DNA from: a virus
Lineage: Duplodnaviria > Caudoviricetes
IMG/VR virus record: IMGVR_UViG_3300037420_001819
Coordinates: 1 to 63,338 of that record
Strand: one strand, 5' to 3'
Length of the DNA: 63,338 bases
The position numbers were made by a program, and so were the translations under genes. Each line of letters opens with the position of its first letter. Within the stretch, counting starts at the first letter, position 1. The notes beneath the pieces are model-generated. The model was not told where the DNA came from. It ran no database searches and saw only the letters and a list, made by a program, of their open reading frames with translations. Positions 16,472 to 25,560 of this stretch are shown piece after piece.

Positions 16472-18625
16472 ATGGACGGTAACGCCGCCGCCACCACCCG
16501 CACCGCCGCTCCGGCCATGGAGCTCGCCGAGGACCGCGTCGACGGCCAGGACGTCGTCGTCTACGAGGGCGGCGGCCAGACCGTCGCCCAGCAGCGCAAG
16601 GCCCGCACCGGCGCCCTGATCGCCGCCTTCGACAAGCGCCGGGCCGATTACGAGACCTTCCTGAACGCCTACGGCATCAGTTTCGAGGTGTTCACCGCCG
16701 TCATCAAGCAGGCGCTGGTGAAGCAGCCGGACCTGCTCGACTGTTCGGCCGGGTCGGTCCTGCAGGCGGCGCTGATGTGCGCCAAGGACGGGCTGGTCCC
16801 CGACGGCAAACGGGCGGCGATCACCAAGTTCGGCAACGTCGCCACCTACCAGCCCATGTACGAGGGCATGCTGGAGATCGCCTACGACGTCCGGGACGCT
16901 GCGGGCAACATGGTCTACCGGGACGTCGAGGTCGACGTCGTCTACAAGGGCGAGGAGGAGCTGTTCGAGTACCGGCGCGGCGACGACGGCTACATCCGCT
17001 TCAGCCCGCCGCTCGACCGCGACATCACCGCCGAGATCGCCGGGGCCTACTGCATCATCCGCACCACCAACGGCGGCGTGTTCCGCGAGGTGATCGGCGG
17101 CAAGGAACTGAAGAAGATCCGCGCCGTCTCCAAGGCCAAGAAAGGCCCGAACGTCGACTGGCCGGCCCAGATGGCCAAGAAGGCGCCGCTGCGCCGCCTG
17201 CTGAAGATCACCCCGAAGAACGCCCGCCTGCAGCAGGCGATGACCCACGACGAGAACTCGTACCTCACCGAGGTTCCCGGGCCGGAGTCCGCGGCGCCGC
17301 AGATCGGCCACGACCAGCTGTTCGACGACAAGGCCGTGCACGTCGCCGCCGGGGGCGAGACCGTGGTCGAGGCGGAGGTCGAGCCGGTCGACGCCCTGAG
17401 CCACGCCCGCGCGCTGCTGATGGAGTGCGAGAGCGCCGAGCAGCTGGAGTCGACCATCGGCTACATCAACGCGGCGCCGGAGTTCGCCGGGCTGAGCGCC
17501 GAGGATCGCGAGAGCCTGGCCAAGAACGCGCAGGTCATGGCCCAGCGCTTCGGCGCGGCCGATATTACGGCGCCGACCGACCACGAAATCGCCGCCCCCG
17601 AGAAGCCGAGGAAGCCGCGCAAGTCGAGGGCCGAAAAGATCGCCCACCCGGACACCGAGTCCGGCGGGACCGGCGTGGCGGCCGACGCCGTGCACGAACC
17701 CGAGGCGGCGGTCGACCCGGTGACCGGCGAAGTCGTCGACGACCCTGCCGCACTCGGCGGCTCCGGCGGCTCGTATGTGCGGGCGGTCGCTCCGGTGATC
17801 GAAACCGTGGCCGACGACTTCATGGCCGGGCCGGACACGCCGCCGGTGATCACCGACGCCTCGTTCGAGGAGATCGACGAGACTCCGGCGAGGGTCGGCG
17901 GGCCGAAGGTCGAGGCCAAGGCCGAGCCCAAGGTGACCCCGGCCGAGGCCGCGGCGACGGGCGACTTCTACATGCTGTCCACCGACACGCCGAACGCCAG
18001 CAAGCAACGCCCCTACTACGACGAGAAGGGACAGATCCGCGGCTACGCGCTCGACAGCCAGGGCATCCGGGTGCTGGACGCCCACCCGAACCAGCCGCAG
18101 GCCGCGCCCGCGGCGTCGGACCGGCCCTACACCCTGTCGGGCGACCCCTGGGAGAACGGGATCAAGCCCGCCTACATCGCCGGCGTCGCTCGGGCCAAGG
18201 CCGGCAAGAACAACGCCCTGCCGGAGTTCGACAGCCACGAGGCGGCCGCCTCCCACTTCGCCCAGCCCGAGATCCGGCGGAACCCGGAGGACCGGGTCGA
18301 CCCGGCGCAGGCCGCGCCGCCGGAACAGTCGAAGGCCGAGGCGGCGGACGAGTACGGCGCCGGAGAGACCGCCGTGCTGCGCGGCAAGTTCCGGCCGAGC
18401 GACCCGGCGAAGGAGTACACCGACCCGGCGCTGTGGATGGCCGACATGCTGAACAAGCTGCAGACCGTCTCCGAGCAGGGGCGGCCCATGTGGTTCGCCG
18501 ACAACCTCCAGTTCATCCGCGAGGCCCACGCGGTCGCGCCGGAGAAGGCCATGCGCATCCTCGCCGTCGCCGCCGCCCACAAGCTGCCCGGCGCCGCCGA
18601 GGCCGTCCAGGATCTCGGCCGGTGA
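16472..18625 (+). CDS. recT: RecT-family ssDNA annealing protein with very long C-terminal extension
   Basis: LLDCSAGSVLQAALMCAKDGLVPDG, YQPMYEGM, GAYC, WPAQMAKKAPLRRLLKITP in the first ~270 aa; 717 aa total. Confidence 0.85.
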   Translation: MDGNAAATTRTAAPAMELAEDRVDGQDVVVYEGGGQTVAQQRKARTGALIAAFDKRRADYETFLNAYGISFEVFTAVIKQALVKQPDLLDCSAGSVLQAALMCAKDGLVPDGKRAAITKFGNVATYQPMYEGMLEIAYDVRDAAGNMVYRDVEVDVVYKGEEELFEYRRGDDGYIRFSPPLDRDITAEIAGAYCIIRTTNGGVFREVIGGKELKKIRAVSKAKKGPNVDWPAQMAKKAPLRRLLKITPKNARLQQAMTHDENSYLTEVPGPESAAPQIGHDQLFDDKAVHVAAGGETVVEAEVEPVDALSHARALLMECESAEQLESTIGYINAAPEFAGLSAEDRESLAKNAQVMAQRFGAADITAPTDHEIAAPEKPRKPRKSRAEKIAHPDTESGGTGVAADAVHEPEAAVDPVTGEVVDDPAALGGSGGSYVRAVAPVIETVADDFMAGPDTPPVITDASFEEIDETPARVGGPKVEAKAEPKVTPAEAAATGDFYMLSTDTPNASKQRPYYDEKGQIRGYALDSQGIRVLDAHPNQPQAAPAASDRPYTLSGDPWENGIKPAYIAGVARAKAGKNNALPEFDSHEAAASHFAQPEIRRNPEDRVDPAQAAPPEQSKAEAADEYGAGETAVLRGKFRPSDPAKEYTDPALWMADMLNKLQTVSEQGRPMWFADNLQFIREAHAVAPEKAMRILAVAAAHKLPGAAEAVQDLGR

Positions 18626-18909
18626 TCGTCCACACCTACCTGAGCGCCGACGCCCCGGCGCCGTACCGGGCGGTGGCGCTGATCACCACGCCGACCGGCA
18701 AGAGCGGCGCCGAACTGCACCCGGTCATCTTCCGGGCGCCGGACGAGGCCACGGCCCGCGCCAACGCCGAGGCGTGGTGGGCCGCCGAGCTCGACCGGCT
18801 CGGGGCGAAAAAGGCTCCCAAGGGGCGGCGTCCGGCCGCCCCGAAGGAGGCCGGCGGCGACTACGGCGAGGCCGCCGACTACGGCGAAGGCCCGGACTAC
18901 GGGGAGTGA
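18622..18909 (+). CDS. small protein ending in three tandem DYGE motifs
   Basis: GTGA overlap; ...GGDYGEAADYGEGPDYGE*. Confidence 0.7.
   Translation: MIVHTYLSADAPAPYRAVALITTPTGKSGAELHPVIFRAPDEATARANAEAWWAAELDRLGAKKAPKGRRPAAPKEAGGDYGEAADYGEGPDYGE
18859..18906 (+). repeat. 3 copies of GACTACGG(C/G)GA(G/A) at an 18-bp period
   Basis: GACTACGGCGAG 18859, GACTACGGCGAA 18877, GACTACGGGGAG 18895. Confidence 0.9.
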
Positions 18910-18911
18910 GC

Positions 18912-19127
18912 ATGAAGGACGCGATCAAGGCGGCGGTGCTCGCCGATCTGAAGCGGCAGGCTTGGGAGGATCGTCATGGGGCGCCGTGGATCGACAACAC
19001 CTTCGACCCGGCGACCGATCGGACGCTGATGGTCGACGGTCATGTCGATCTCGACGCGCTGGCCGAGGCGGTCGATCGCGCCGTCAAGGCCGAGGTCCGA
19101 GAGCGCATCCTGAAGGGTCCGCTCTGA
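18912..19127 (+). CDS. hypothetical protein
   Basis: MKDAIKAAVLADLKRQ...VDGHVDLDALAEAV; GGGGAG RBS. Confidence 0.7.
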   Translation: MKDAIKAAVLADLKRQAWEDRHGAPWIDNTFDPATDRTLMVDGHVDLDALAEAVDRAVKAEVRERILKGPL

Positions 19128-19486
19128 TGTTCCGCAGCCCCGCCCTGTTGGCGACGGCCCGGTACGCCCCCTGCTGCTTCGGCTGCGGGGGGCCCAACCG
19201 GGGCGACGTGGTCGCCGCCCACTCCAATCAGTTGCGCGACGCAAAGGGCCGGGGGATCAAGGCGCACGACTACCGCGTCGCCCACCTCTGCTTCACTTGC
19301 CACGCCGAACTCGACCAGGGCCGCAAGATGAGCCGCGAGGAGCGGGTGGCCTTCTGGGAGGAGGCGCACCGCAAGACCGTCGGCTGGCTGTTCGAGACCG
19401 GCCGGCTGCAGGTCGTGGCCGCCGCAGGCCAGACGCCAATCTACGCGCCGCGCCGCGGCCCGAAACCGTTCGAAGGAGACCTGTGA
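19127..19486 (+). CDS. DUF1364/DUF968-like His-Me finger nuclease
   Basis: CCFGC, VVAAHSN, KGRGIKAHD, LCFTCHAELDQG. Confidence 0.75.
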   Translation: MFRSPALLATARYAPCCFGCGGPNRGDVVAAHSNQLRDAKGRGIKAHDYRVAHLCFTCHAELDQGRKMSREERVAFWEEAHRKTVGWLFETGRLQVVAAAGQTPIYAPRRGPKPFEGDL

Positions 19487-19761
19487 TGGGTGTCGTCCAC
19501 CCCGGACCGAGGAACCCGAACTGGCGTGGGGGGCGCACCGTGGCCCCCTACGGCTACGTTCGTCGCACCTACGGTGTTGACCCGGTGATCGGCGCCCGTG
19601 TCCGCCACACCGAGCTGAAGGGCCCCGGCGCCTTCGGGACGATCGCGAAGCCCGGCCCGGCCGGCCACTACGTCTACGTCCGGTTCGACGGGAAAAAGCA
19701 CGCGGACCCGTGCCACCCGACCGCGCTGGACTACAGCCCGCAGGAGGCGGCCGATGCGTGA
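19486..19761 (+). CDS. hypothetical protein
   Basis: YGYVRRTYGV...GARV...HYVYVRFDG...CHPT pattern; N-terminal RNPNWRGGR. Confidence 0.65.
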   Translation: MGVVHPGPRNPNWRGGRTVAPYGYVRRTYGVDPVIGARVRHTELKGPGAFGTIAKPGPAGHYVYVRFDGKKHADPCHPTALDYSPQEAADA

Positions 19762-20479
19762 ACGCCCGATCCTGTTCAGCGCGGCGATGGTCCGCGCGAT
19801 CCTGGCCGGGCGGAAGACGCAGACCCGGCGGATCGTGAAGGGTGTCGACGGCGCCTATTCGCCGATCCCTGCCGGCCATCGGCTGCTCAACTATGCCGGG
19901 GAGGAGGAGATCGCGCGTTGCCCGTATGGGAAGCCGGGCGACCGGCTGTGGTGCAAAGAGACGTGGCACTACGTCAATCACCAGCACGGGCCGCGCGGTC
20001 TGGAAGTCTGCATCGGCTATCCGGCTGACGGCGATGACCTGCCGAACCGGCCGTCGATCCCGGTTGGCGAGGAATGGGCGGACAGGGCGGATGCGTGGCC
20101 CTACCGGCCCCGGCGCCATCCGTCCATTCACATGCCCCGCTGGGCCTCCAGGATCACGCTAGAGATCACCGGCGTGCGGGTGGAGCGGCTGCAGGCGATC
20201 AGCGAGGCGGACGCCAAGGCCGAAGGCGTCGAGCCGCCGGAGGCAGAGCGCGAAGATCACGACTGGTCGATCTGCCCGACGTGCGGGGGAACCGGCCTGC
20301 ACGGAAGCCTTGGGGATAACCTCGGCTATCGCGAGGTCGACTGCACCGACTGCGACACCCACGCCAAGCGCTATCGCCACCTCTGGAACGCCATCAACGG
20401 CCCCGGCTCCTGGGACGCGAACCCGTGGGTGTGGGTGGTCGAGTTCCGCCGCCTGTCCGAGGAGAAAGCCGTTGCCTGA
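19754..20479 (+). CDS. ASCH/PUA-like phage protein with zinc-finger insertion
   Basis: ERPILFSAAMVRAILAGRKTQTRR, PSIHMPRWASRITLEI, VERLQAISEADAKAEG, WDANPWVWVVEF; inserted CPTCGGTG...CTDC. Confidence 0.8.
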   Translation: MRERPILFSAAMVRAILAGRKTQTRRIVKGVDGAYSPIPAGHRLLNYAGEEEIARCPYGKPGDRLWCKETWHYVNHQHGPRGLEVCIGYPADGDDLPNRPSIPVGEEWADRADAWPYRPRRHPSIHMPRWASRITLEITGVRVERLQAISEADAKAEGVEPPEAEREDHDWSICPTCGGTGLHGSLGDNLGYREVDCTDCDTHAKRYRHLWNAINGPGSWDANPWVWVVEFRRLSEEKAVA

Positions 20480-21233
20480 CATCCTGTTCCGCGTCGTCGA
20501 CCTCGAGACGGTCGGCGTCGACCCCACCCCCGAGCCCTGCGACGGCATCGTCGAACTCGGCTGGACCGACGTGTGGTTCGACAGCGACACGCGCACCGCC
20601 TCGGTGGGCGAGTCCTACGACTACATCCTGTTCAACCCGCCGGGCGGCATCCCGCCGGAGGCCAGCGCGGTTCACCACGTCACCGGCCGCATGGTCAACG
20701 GTCTGGCCCCGTGCACGGCGGAGGTGGTGCGCCTGCTGACCGCCGACATGCCCTACCAGCGCACGCCGTTCGCGCTGGTGGCGCACAACGCCAAGTTCGA
20801 GCGCAGCTGGCTGGACGCCGCGCTGGGCGAGACGCGCTGGCTGTGCACCTACAAGGTGGCCAAGCGGGTGTGGCCGGAGTGGCCGGCGCACAACAACCAC
20901 GCCTGCCGCTATTTGCTGGGCCTCGACCTCGACCCACGGAAGGCCGAGCCGCCGCACCGGGCCGGGCCGGACGCCTACGTCACCGCCCATGTGCTGGCCG
21001 CCATGCTCAGGTTCGGCGTCGCCTCGGTGAACGACATGCTCGTCTGGACCCGCGAGCCGGTGTTCATGCCGGTCTGCCCGATCGGCGAGGACTGGCGCGG
21101 CAAGCCGTGGAGCGAGGTCGACCACGGCTTCCTGTCGTGGGTGCTGCGCAAGGACGGCATGGACGCCGACGTTCAACACTGGGCCCGCGTCGAACTCGAC
21201 CGGCGCCGTCAACTCGCAACGCAGGGGGCGTAA
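20472..21233 (+). CDS. exoX: DEDDh 3'-5' exonuclease, exodeoxyribonuclease X-like
   Basis: VDLET, ASAVHHVT, VAHNAKFE, HRAGPDAYVT; C-terminal RGKPWSEVDHGFLSW; TTG start. Confidence 0.85.
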   Translation: MPDILFRVVDLETVGVDPTPEPCDGIVELGWTDVWFDSDTRTASVGESYDYILFNPPGGIPPEASAVHHVTGRMVNGLAPCTAEVVRLLTADMPYQRTPFALVAHNAKFERSWLDAALGETRWLCTYKVAKRVWPEWPAHNNHACRYLLGLDLDPRKAEPPHRAGPDAYVTAHVLAAMLRFGVASVNDMLVWTREPVFMPVCPIGEDWRGKPWSEVDHGFLSWVLRKDGMDADVQHWARVELDRRRQLATQGA

Positions 21234-21236
21234 ACC

Positions 21237-21542
21237 GTGAACCCGTGGACCATAATCGGCTGGACGCTGATCGCGCTGGCGGCCCTGTTCCTCCTCTACC
21301 GGCTCGGGCGCGGCGCGCTTCTGCTGCTGGGCATGTACCTGATGCGCCGGCGGGCGTTGCAGACCCCGCCGCGCGCGGGCCAGACCTGGATCCAGAACGG
21401 CACGCTGCTGACCATCGAACAGGCCGACGCCGCCATCGTGCGGGTCGCGCTTCCCAACGGCGGCTGGACCGAGTCCCGTTCGTCCTGGGACCAGCGCGTC
21501 GTCGCCCGCGGCCTGATGTTGCTGGAGGACGCCGATGGCTGA
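21237..21542 (+). CDS. membrane-anchored hypothetical protein
   Basis: N-terminal TM helix, 101 aa. Confidence 0.65.
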   Translation: MNPWTIIGWTLIALAALFLLYRLGRGALLLLGMYLMRRRALQTPPRAGQTWIQNGTLLTIEQADAAIVRVALPNGGWTESRSSWDQRVVARGLMLLEDADG

Positions 21543-21951
21543 AACGAAGGAATTTCCCACCGCGGACGTGCTGTCGGTGATCACCGGCGTGCTGGTGTCC
21601 GAGCGCGGGGCGGACGTGTTCTACGAGGTGTCCAGCTGGATGGCCGACGGCCCGGTCTGGACGCACCAACTGCCGCGCGTAGGCCGCGAGGCGCGGGCGG
21701 CGGTCCTGAAGCTTCGCCCGGACCTGGCGGACGCCGTCGCCGAGGCGGACGCCCTCACCGAGGTGGAAACCGCCACCCCGGACGACTGGCGAGCCTATGC
21801 GGCCCGCTGGATCGAGCGGTGCGGCCCGACCATCGCCGTGCCGCGCATGACCGACGGCGAGCACGAGCGCATCGACCCGCTGTCAGAACTGGCCGAGAAG
21901 GTCCACCCGGACCGCATCGTCGTCGCGAAGGCGGAGGGCGACCATGGCTGA
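21535..21951 (+). CDS. hypothetical protein
   Basis: FPTADVLSVITGVLV...VWTHQLPR; GGAGG RBS. Confidence 0.75.
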   Translation: MAETKEFPTADVLSVITGVLVSERGADVFYEVSSWMADGPVWTHQLPRVGREARAAVLKLRPDLADAVAEADALTEVETATPDDWRAYAARWIERCGPTIAVPRMTDGEHERIDPLSELAEKVHPDRIVVAKAEGDHG

Positions 21952-22315
21952 GCTCCACGTCGACCGCATCCTCACGCTGGCGCAGATCAAGCGCGACCTC
22001 GAGATGCACGGCCCCCGGGGGCGCATCTGGGTCAGCCAGCGGACCTGCTGGTGGACCCACCACGCCTCCCACATCTCGGTGTGTCCGGCGCGCCCGCTGA
22101 TCGAGTCCGACCCGTGGGCCTTCCTGCGCCGGGTCGAGGCCAACCCGGGTCACTACGGCCGTCACGGCCTCGACGCCCTGGTCGCCGCCCATCACTCCAA
22201 CTGCCGCGACGCCCTGACCGGCGCGCCGTACGCCTCGGCGCGCTGGGACGACTACAACGCCGCGCTGGACGCGCTGCTCGAACAGGAAGGCGCGCTCAAG
22301 AGAGGGAAGTCCTGA
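21944..22315 (+). CDS. hypothetical protein
   Basis: 123 aa, GGAGG RBS, TCWWTH motif. Confidence 0.7.
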   Translation: MAELHVDRILTLAQIKRDLEMHGPRGRIWVSQRTCWWTHHASHISVCPARPLIESDPWAFLRRVEANPGHYGRHGLDALVAAHHSNCRDALTGAPYASARWDDYNAALDALLEQEGALKRGKS

Positions 22316-22316
22316 G

Positions 22317-22637
22317 ATGGCCTACGCCGCGACGATCGAGGCTGACGAAGACTGGGGCCCCCGCGACATGGACGAACTGGTGCGCGCCTTCCGCAACCTG
22401 GTGGCCATCTGCACCGACGCCGCCCGGAGGCTCGACGATCCGGACATGCAGATGATCGGATCGCTGAACGGCCGCATCGACGTGCGGCCGCTCGACTGGT
22501 GCCGGGCCGTGATCGTCGACCTGGACAACGGCCGCGCCGTGCAGATCGACCTGATGATGATGGTCCTATCGTCGCCGGACATGATCAAGCCGACCGCCGT
22601 GATCCTGCGCGATCTCGGCCGGGCGTGGGGGTTCTGA
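22317..22637 (+). CDS. hypothetical protein
   Basis: 106 aa, tightly packed in the operon. Confidence 0.65.
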   Translation: MAYAATIEADEDWGPRDMDELVRAFRNLVAICTDAARRLDDPDMQMIGSLNGRIDVRPLDWCRAVIVDLDNGRAVQIDLMMMVLSSPDMIKPTAVILRDLGRAWGF

Positions 22638-23146
22638 TGGCCCGCCTGCGCACCTACAACCGCCGCCGGAAACGGATCGAGGACCGCAAGCGTCGCATCC
22701 GCATCCACAGGCTGCTGCCGCGCCGGTCGTCGAAGCGCATCCGCCGCGTGCCGTTCACGCTGCCGCAGGACTGGATGCTGAACCCGCCGAAAGCTGGTTG
22801 GGGTATAATCGGTCCCGTGCTGGATCACGGCGAGATCCGGGTCGGCGGCAAGGTGGTCGGGATCGTTCAGGTGGTCGAGTTCCGCATCGACGCCCCGGTC
22901 GCCCCCCAACTGCGCGTCGTCGACGCCGGACCGAACCTCTACGGCGGCTTCAGCGTCGGCGCCGTCCTCACGCCGAAAGCGCCGCGACCCTGCTCCTGCA
23001 GCACCCACCCACGGCCGCCCTGCGGGGAGTGCGACAACGGCCTGTGGTGGTGCGGCGTCTGCGCCGAGTGGGTCGAGCCGCGCGCCGTCACCAGCGACGA
23101 GCGCCACGACCCGCGCGCGGGCGGCTGCGGAGGGTCGGTGTCGTGA
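22637..23146 (+). CDS. Arg-rich N-terminus, Cys-rich C-terminus protein (paralog A)
   Basis: MARLRTYNRRR...QLRVVDAGPNLYGGFSVGAV...CSC...PPCGEC...WCGVC. Confidence 0.6.
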   Translation: MARLRTYNRRRKRIEDRKRRIRIHRLLPRRSSKRIRRVPFTLPQDWMLNPPKAGWGIIGPVLDHGEIRVGGKVVGIVQVVEFRIDAPVAPQLRVVDAGPNLYGGFSVGAVLTPKAPRPCSCSTHPRPPCGECDNGLWWCGVCAEWVEPRAVTSDERHDPRAGGCGGSVS

Positions 23147-23439
23147 AGGGCCGCCTGCGCACCTACAACCGCCGCCGCCTGCTCCGCCTCGAGCACAGGG
23201 GAAACGCCGCCGCTGGCCGTCGCCGCTACTCGTACAAGTTCGGGCGCTGGCGGGTGATCTACATCGACGGCGTCCGCTACGAGGCCTCGGCCGTCCAGCT
23301 GCGCGTCGTCGACGCCGGCCCGAACGCCTACGGCGGCTTCAGCGTCGGAGCCGTCGTTGAGCCGACGTTCGATCCGGCCCGCTGCCGCTGCGCCGTGTTG
23401 CCGCCGCCGTGCAGCTATTGCGAAGGGTGCGAGGAATGA
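23143..23439 (+). CDS. Arg-rich N-terminus, Cys-rich C-terminus protein (paralog B)
   Basis: GRLRTYNRRR...QLRVVDAGPNAYGGFSVGAV...CRC...PPCSYC; GTGA overlap. Confidence 0.6.
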   Translation: MKGRLRTYNRRRLLRLEHRGNAAAGRRRYSYKFGRWRVIYIDGVRYEASAVQLRVVDAGPNAYGGFSVGAVVEPTFDPARCRCAVLPPPCSYCEGCEE

Positions 23440-24011
23440 GGCGGCCCCGCAAGAACCGCGACCGCACCCTGCCCGCGCACGCCGACCTGGCGCTGTTCAC
23501 CGACGCCTCCTACTGCCAGCACACCGGCGTCGCCGGCTGGGCGGTGTGGATGAAGAACGCCGAGATGGAGGCGGGCGTCACCCACTCGGCGGCGATCCGT
23601 GAGACCACCCGCGGCGCAGGCGAGGCCGAACTGATCGCCGTCGCCAACGGCCTTTATCTCGCCGTGCGCCACGGCCGGCTGAAGCCGGGCGGCTCGGTGC
23701 TGATCCAGTCCGACCGGCTCGATGCGCTGGCGATCATCCGCAAGGCGACCCGGGCGCAGGACCGGCGCATCGTCGGCGGCGAGCCGGTCCCCGTCGCCAA
23801 GCGTCCGGCCGCCTACCTGCGGGACCACGCGGCCCTGAAGCTGATCGTGGAACTCGAGCGCGAACACACCCTGACCCTGTTCGTCCGGCATGTGCGCGCC
23901 CACCAGGAGGGCGCCGGACGGACGTGGGTGAACAACCGCGTCGACGAACTGGCCAAGGCCGCCATGCGCCGCCGCCGCGCCGAACTGGAGACCCGCCATG
24001 CCCCTCAGTGA
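23436..24011 (+). CDS. ribonuclease HI-like protein
   Basis: LFTDAS, AELIAV, IQSD, HVRAHQ, NNRVDELAK catalytic D-E-D-H-D pattern. Confidence 0.85.
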   Translation: MRRPRKNRDRTLPAHADLALFTDASYCQHTGVAGWAVWMKNAEMEAGVTHSAAIRETTRGAGEAELIAVANGLYLAVRHGRLKPGGSVLIQSDRLDALAIIRKATRAQDRRIVGGEPVPVAKRPAAYLRDHAALKLIVELEREHTLTLFVRHVRAHQEGAGRTWVNNRVDELAKAAMRRRRAELETRHAPQ

Positions 24012-24315
24012 CGCCCGCCCGGCCTGCGCCGAGGACATGAGCCCGGAGGACCGCGCCCATCTGGCCAGGCTGGTCGGCGACGCCGTGCGCGGCGTGCTGG
24101 TCAAGCACAGCGAGAGCTTCGCCGCCACGTTCGGCTTCATGCCCGCCGAGTGCTTCGTCGGCGGCGCGATCGCCGGGGCGGCCTCGTTCGCCTGGGCGGT
24201 GAAGGGCGAGATGCCGAGCGCCGAAATGCTCGACGTCGTGCTCGACGGCGCCAGGTCCGCCTTCGCCATGATGGACGCCGCCGCTCAGATGCCGCCCGCC
24301 GAAGGAAACGCCTGA
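23998..24315 (+). CDS. hypothetical protein
   Basis: 105 aa, GGAG RBS. Confidence 0.65.
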   Translation: MPLSDARPACAEDMSPEDRAHLARLVGDAVRGVLVKHSESFAATFGFMPAECFVGGAIAGAASFAWAVKGEMPSAEMLDVVLDGARSAFAMMDAAAQMPPAEGNA

Positions 24316-24546
24316 ATGAACGCCCCGGTGAAGAAACGCGCCTATTCCGTCGCGATCGCCGCGACCAAGGGGAACCAGATCCGCGCCGTCACCGCGGTCG
24401 CGATCGCCGCCTATCCCGAGGACGCCGTGACGGAGGCGGTCGAGAAGTTGAAGAAGTCACACCCGGACTGGTTCGTTCAGGCCGCCGTTGCCGAGCGCAT
24501 CCGGCCCTACCTCATCGAGTCCGCCGCCAAGGAAACGGCTGAATGA
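24316..24546 (+). CDS. hypothetical protein
   Basis: 76 aa, adjacent to the previous stop. Confidence 0.65.
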   Translation: MNAPVKKRAYSVAIAATKGNQIRAVTAVAIAAYPEDAVTEAVEKLKKSHPDWFVQAAVAERIRPYLIESAAKETAE

Positions 24547-24797
24547 CCCTGTTCACCCTGCCCGAGATGCGCCGCCTGCGCGAGATGCGCGACGACAGCG
24601 CCCACGTCGCCGAGATCATGCGCGCCTTCCCCGGCCGCAGCCGCGACGAGCTGATCCGCGCCTGGCACGCCCTGACCCTGAACTCGCTGGAGCAGGCGCT
24701 GGCCATCACCAACCAGTGGATCTGCCGCGAGGCGGGCAAGGAAGGCCCGCCGGTCACCGCCACCGGCAAGCCGCGCTATTTCGAGGCGGCGCGATGA
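24543..24797 (+). CDS. hypothetical protein (possible HTH)
   Basis: FTLPEMRRLREMR...AEIMRAFPGRSRDEL. Confidence 0.6.
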   Translation: MTLFTLPEMRRLREMRDDSAHVAEIMRAFPGRSRDELIRAWHALTLNSLEQALAITNQWICREAGKEGPPVTATGKPRYFEAAR

Positions 24798-25282
24798 TCA
24801 GTCGAGACGAGATCGACGCCGGCCTGGCCTTCCTCGATGGGCTCGACGCCACCGAGCGCGGGGCCTTCCTCGGGTTGTTCGCCGGCGCGAAAGAGCGCTG
24901 GATCGTCTGGAAGGGCGGCGGGCTCACCACCGGAAAGGCCGAGTGTGAGTGGGTCGAAGACTGGCGCGACTTCTACGGCCGCAAGCTGGCCGACGCGGGG
25001 CTGGTCACGTTTCGCGAGGAGGGCGGTTCCGCCTACTGTTCGCCGACCGATCTCGGGCGCGCCGTGCGCGAGGCGTGGTGGGCCAAGCGGGCGCGGAAGA
25101 CCGCCGACCTGGAGCGCATGATGAAGGCGCTGGCCGACGAAATGCGGCGTCAGAACACGCTCGGCGCCGCCGGTTGCTCCGCTTCGGTGGACGACGAAAA
25201 CTTCGGAGCCGACGTCGACGGCTTCGTCGACATTGAGGCGCTGGCGCGCGTGGCGCTGGCCGCCGCGGAGAAGGGCGCATGA
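24794..25282 (+). CDS. hypothetical two-domain protein
   Basis: MISRDEIDAG..., ATGA overlap; C-terminus resembles the 18912-19127 protein. Confidence 0.65.
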   Translation: MISRDEIDAGLAFLDGLDATERGAFLGLFAGAKERWIVWKGGGLTTGKAECEWVEDWRDFYGRKLADAGLVTFREEGGSAYCSPTDLGRAVREAWWAKRARKTADLERMMKALADEMRRQNTLGAAGCSASVDDENFGADVDGFVDIEALARVALAAAEKGA

Positions 25283-25536
25283 CCCTGCGCCTGACCTGCG
25301 AAGTGCTCGGCTGTCGGCGCACCCGCGGCCAAAGGAAGGGCGAGCCGCCGATCGCCGGCGACGAACAGTGGGTCTGCGGGGTCCACTGGCCCGCCGTCCC
25401 CCTGAAATTCAGGCGGCACCTCGCCGCCTGCCGTCGGGCGATGAAGCGCGCCCCGACGCGGAAGAACATCGGCCGGGCGTGGTTCGCCTGGCAGCGGTGT
25501 CGACGCGCGGCCATCGAGGCCGCCGTCGGTTTGTAA
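25279..25536 (+). CDS. Cys/His zinc-binding protein
   Basis: CEVLGCRRT...WVCGVHW. Confidence 0.65.
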   Translation: MTLRLTCEVLGCRRTRGQRKGEPPIAGDEQWVCGVHWPAVPLKFRRHLAACRRAMKRAPTRKNIGRAWFAWQRCRRAAIEAAVGL

Positions 25537-25560
25537 CCCCACACAGGAAAGAGTTCGCCA

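Noticed and set aside
18859-18906. DYGE repeats as a CRISPR mini-array or as C(UACG)G tetraloop hairpins
   Set aside because: Repeats are 12 nt with 6-nt spacers inside a CDS and no cas genes are present; the flanking bases do not form a stem around CTACGG.
22642-23355. Repeat pair as a DGR template/variable region
   Set aside because: No reverse transcriptase in the window, mismatches are not confined to adenines, and the targets are not fibre C-termini.
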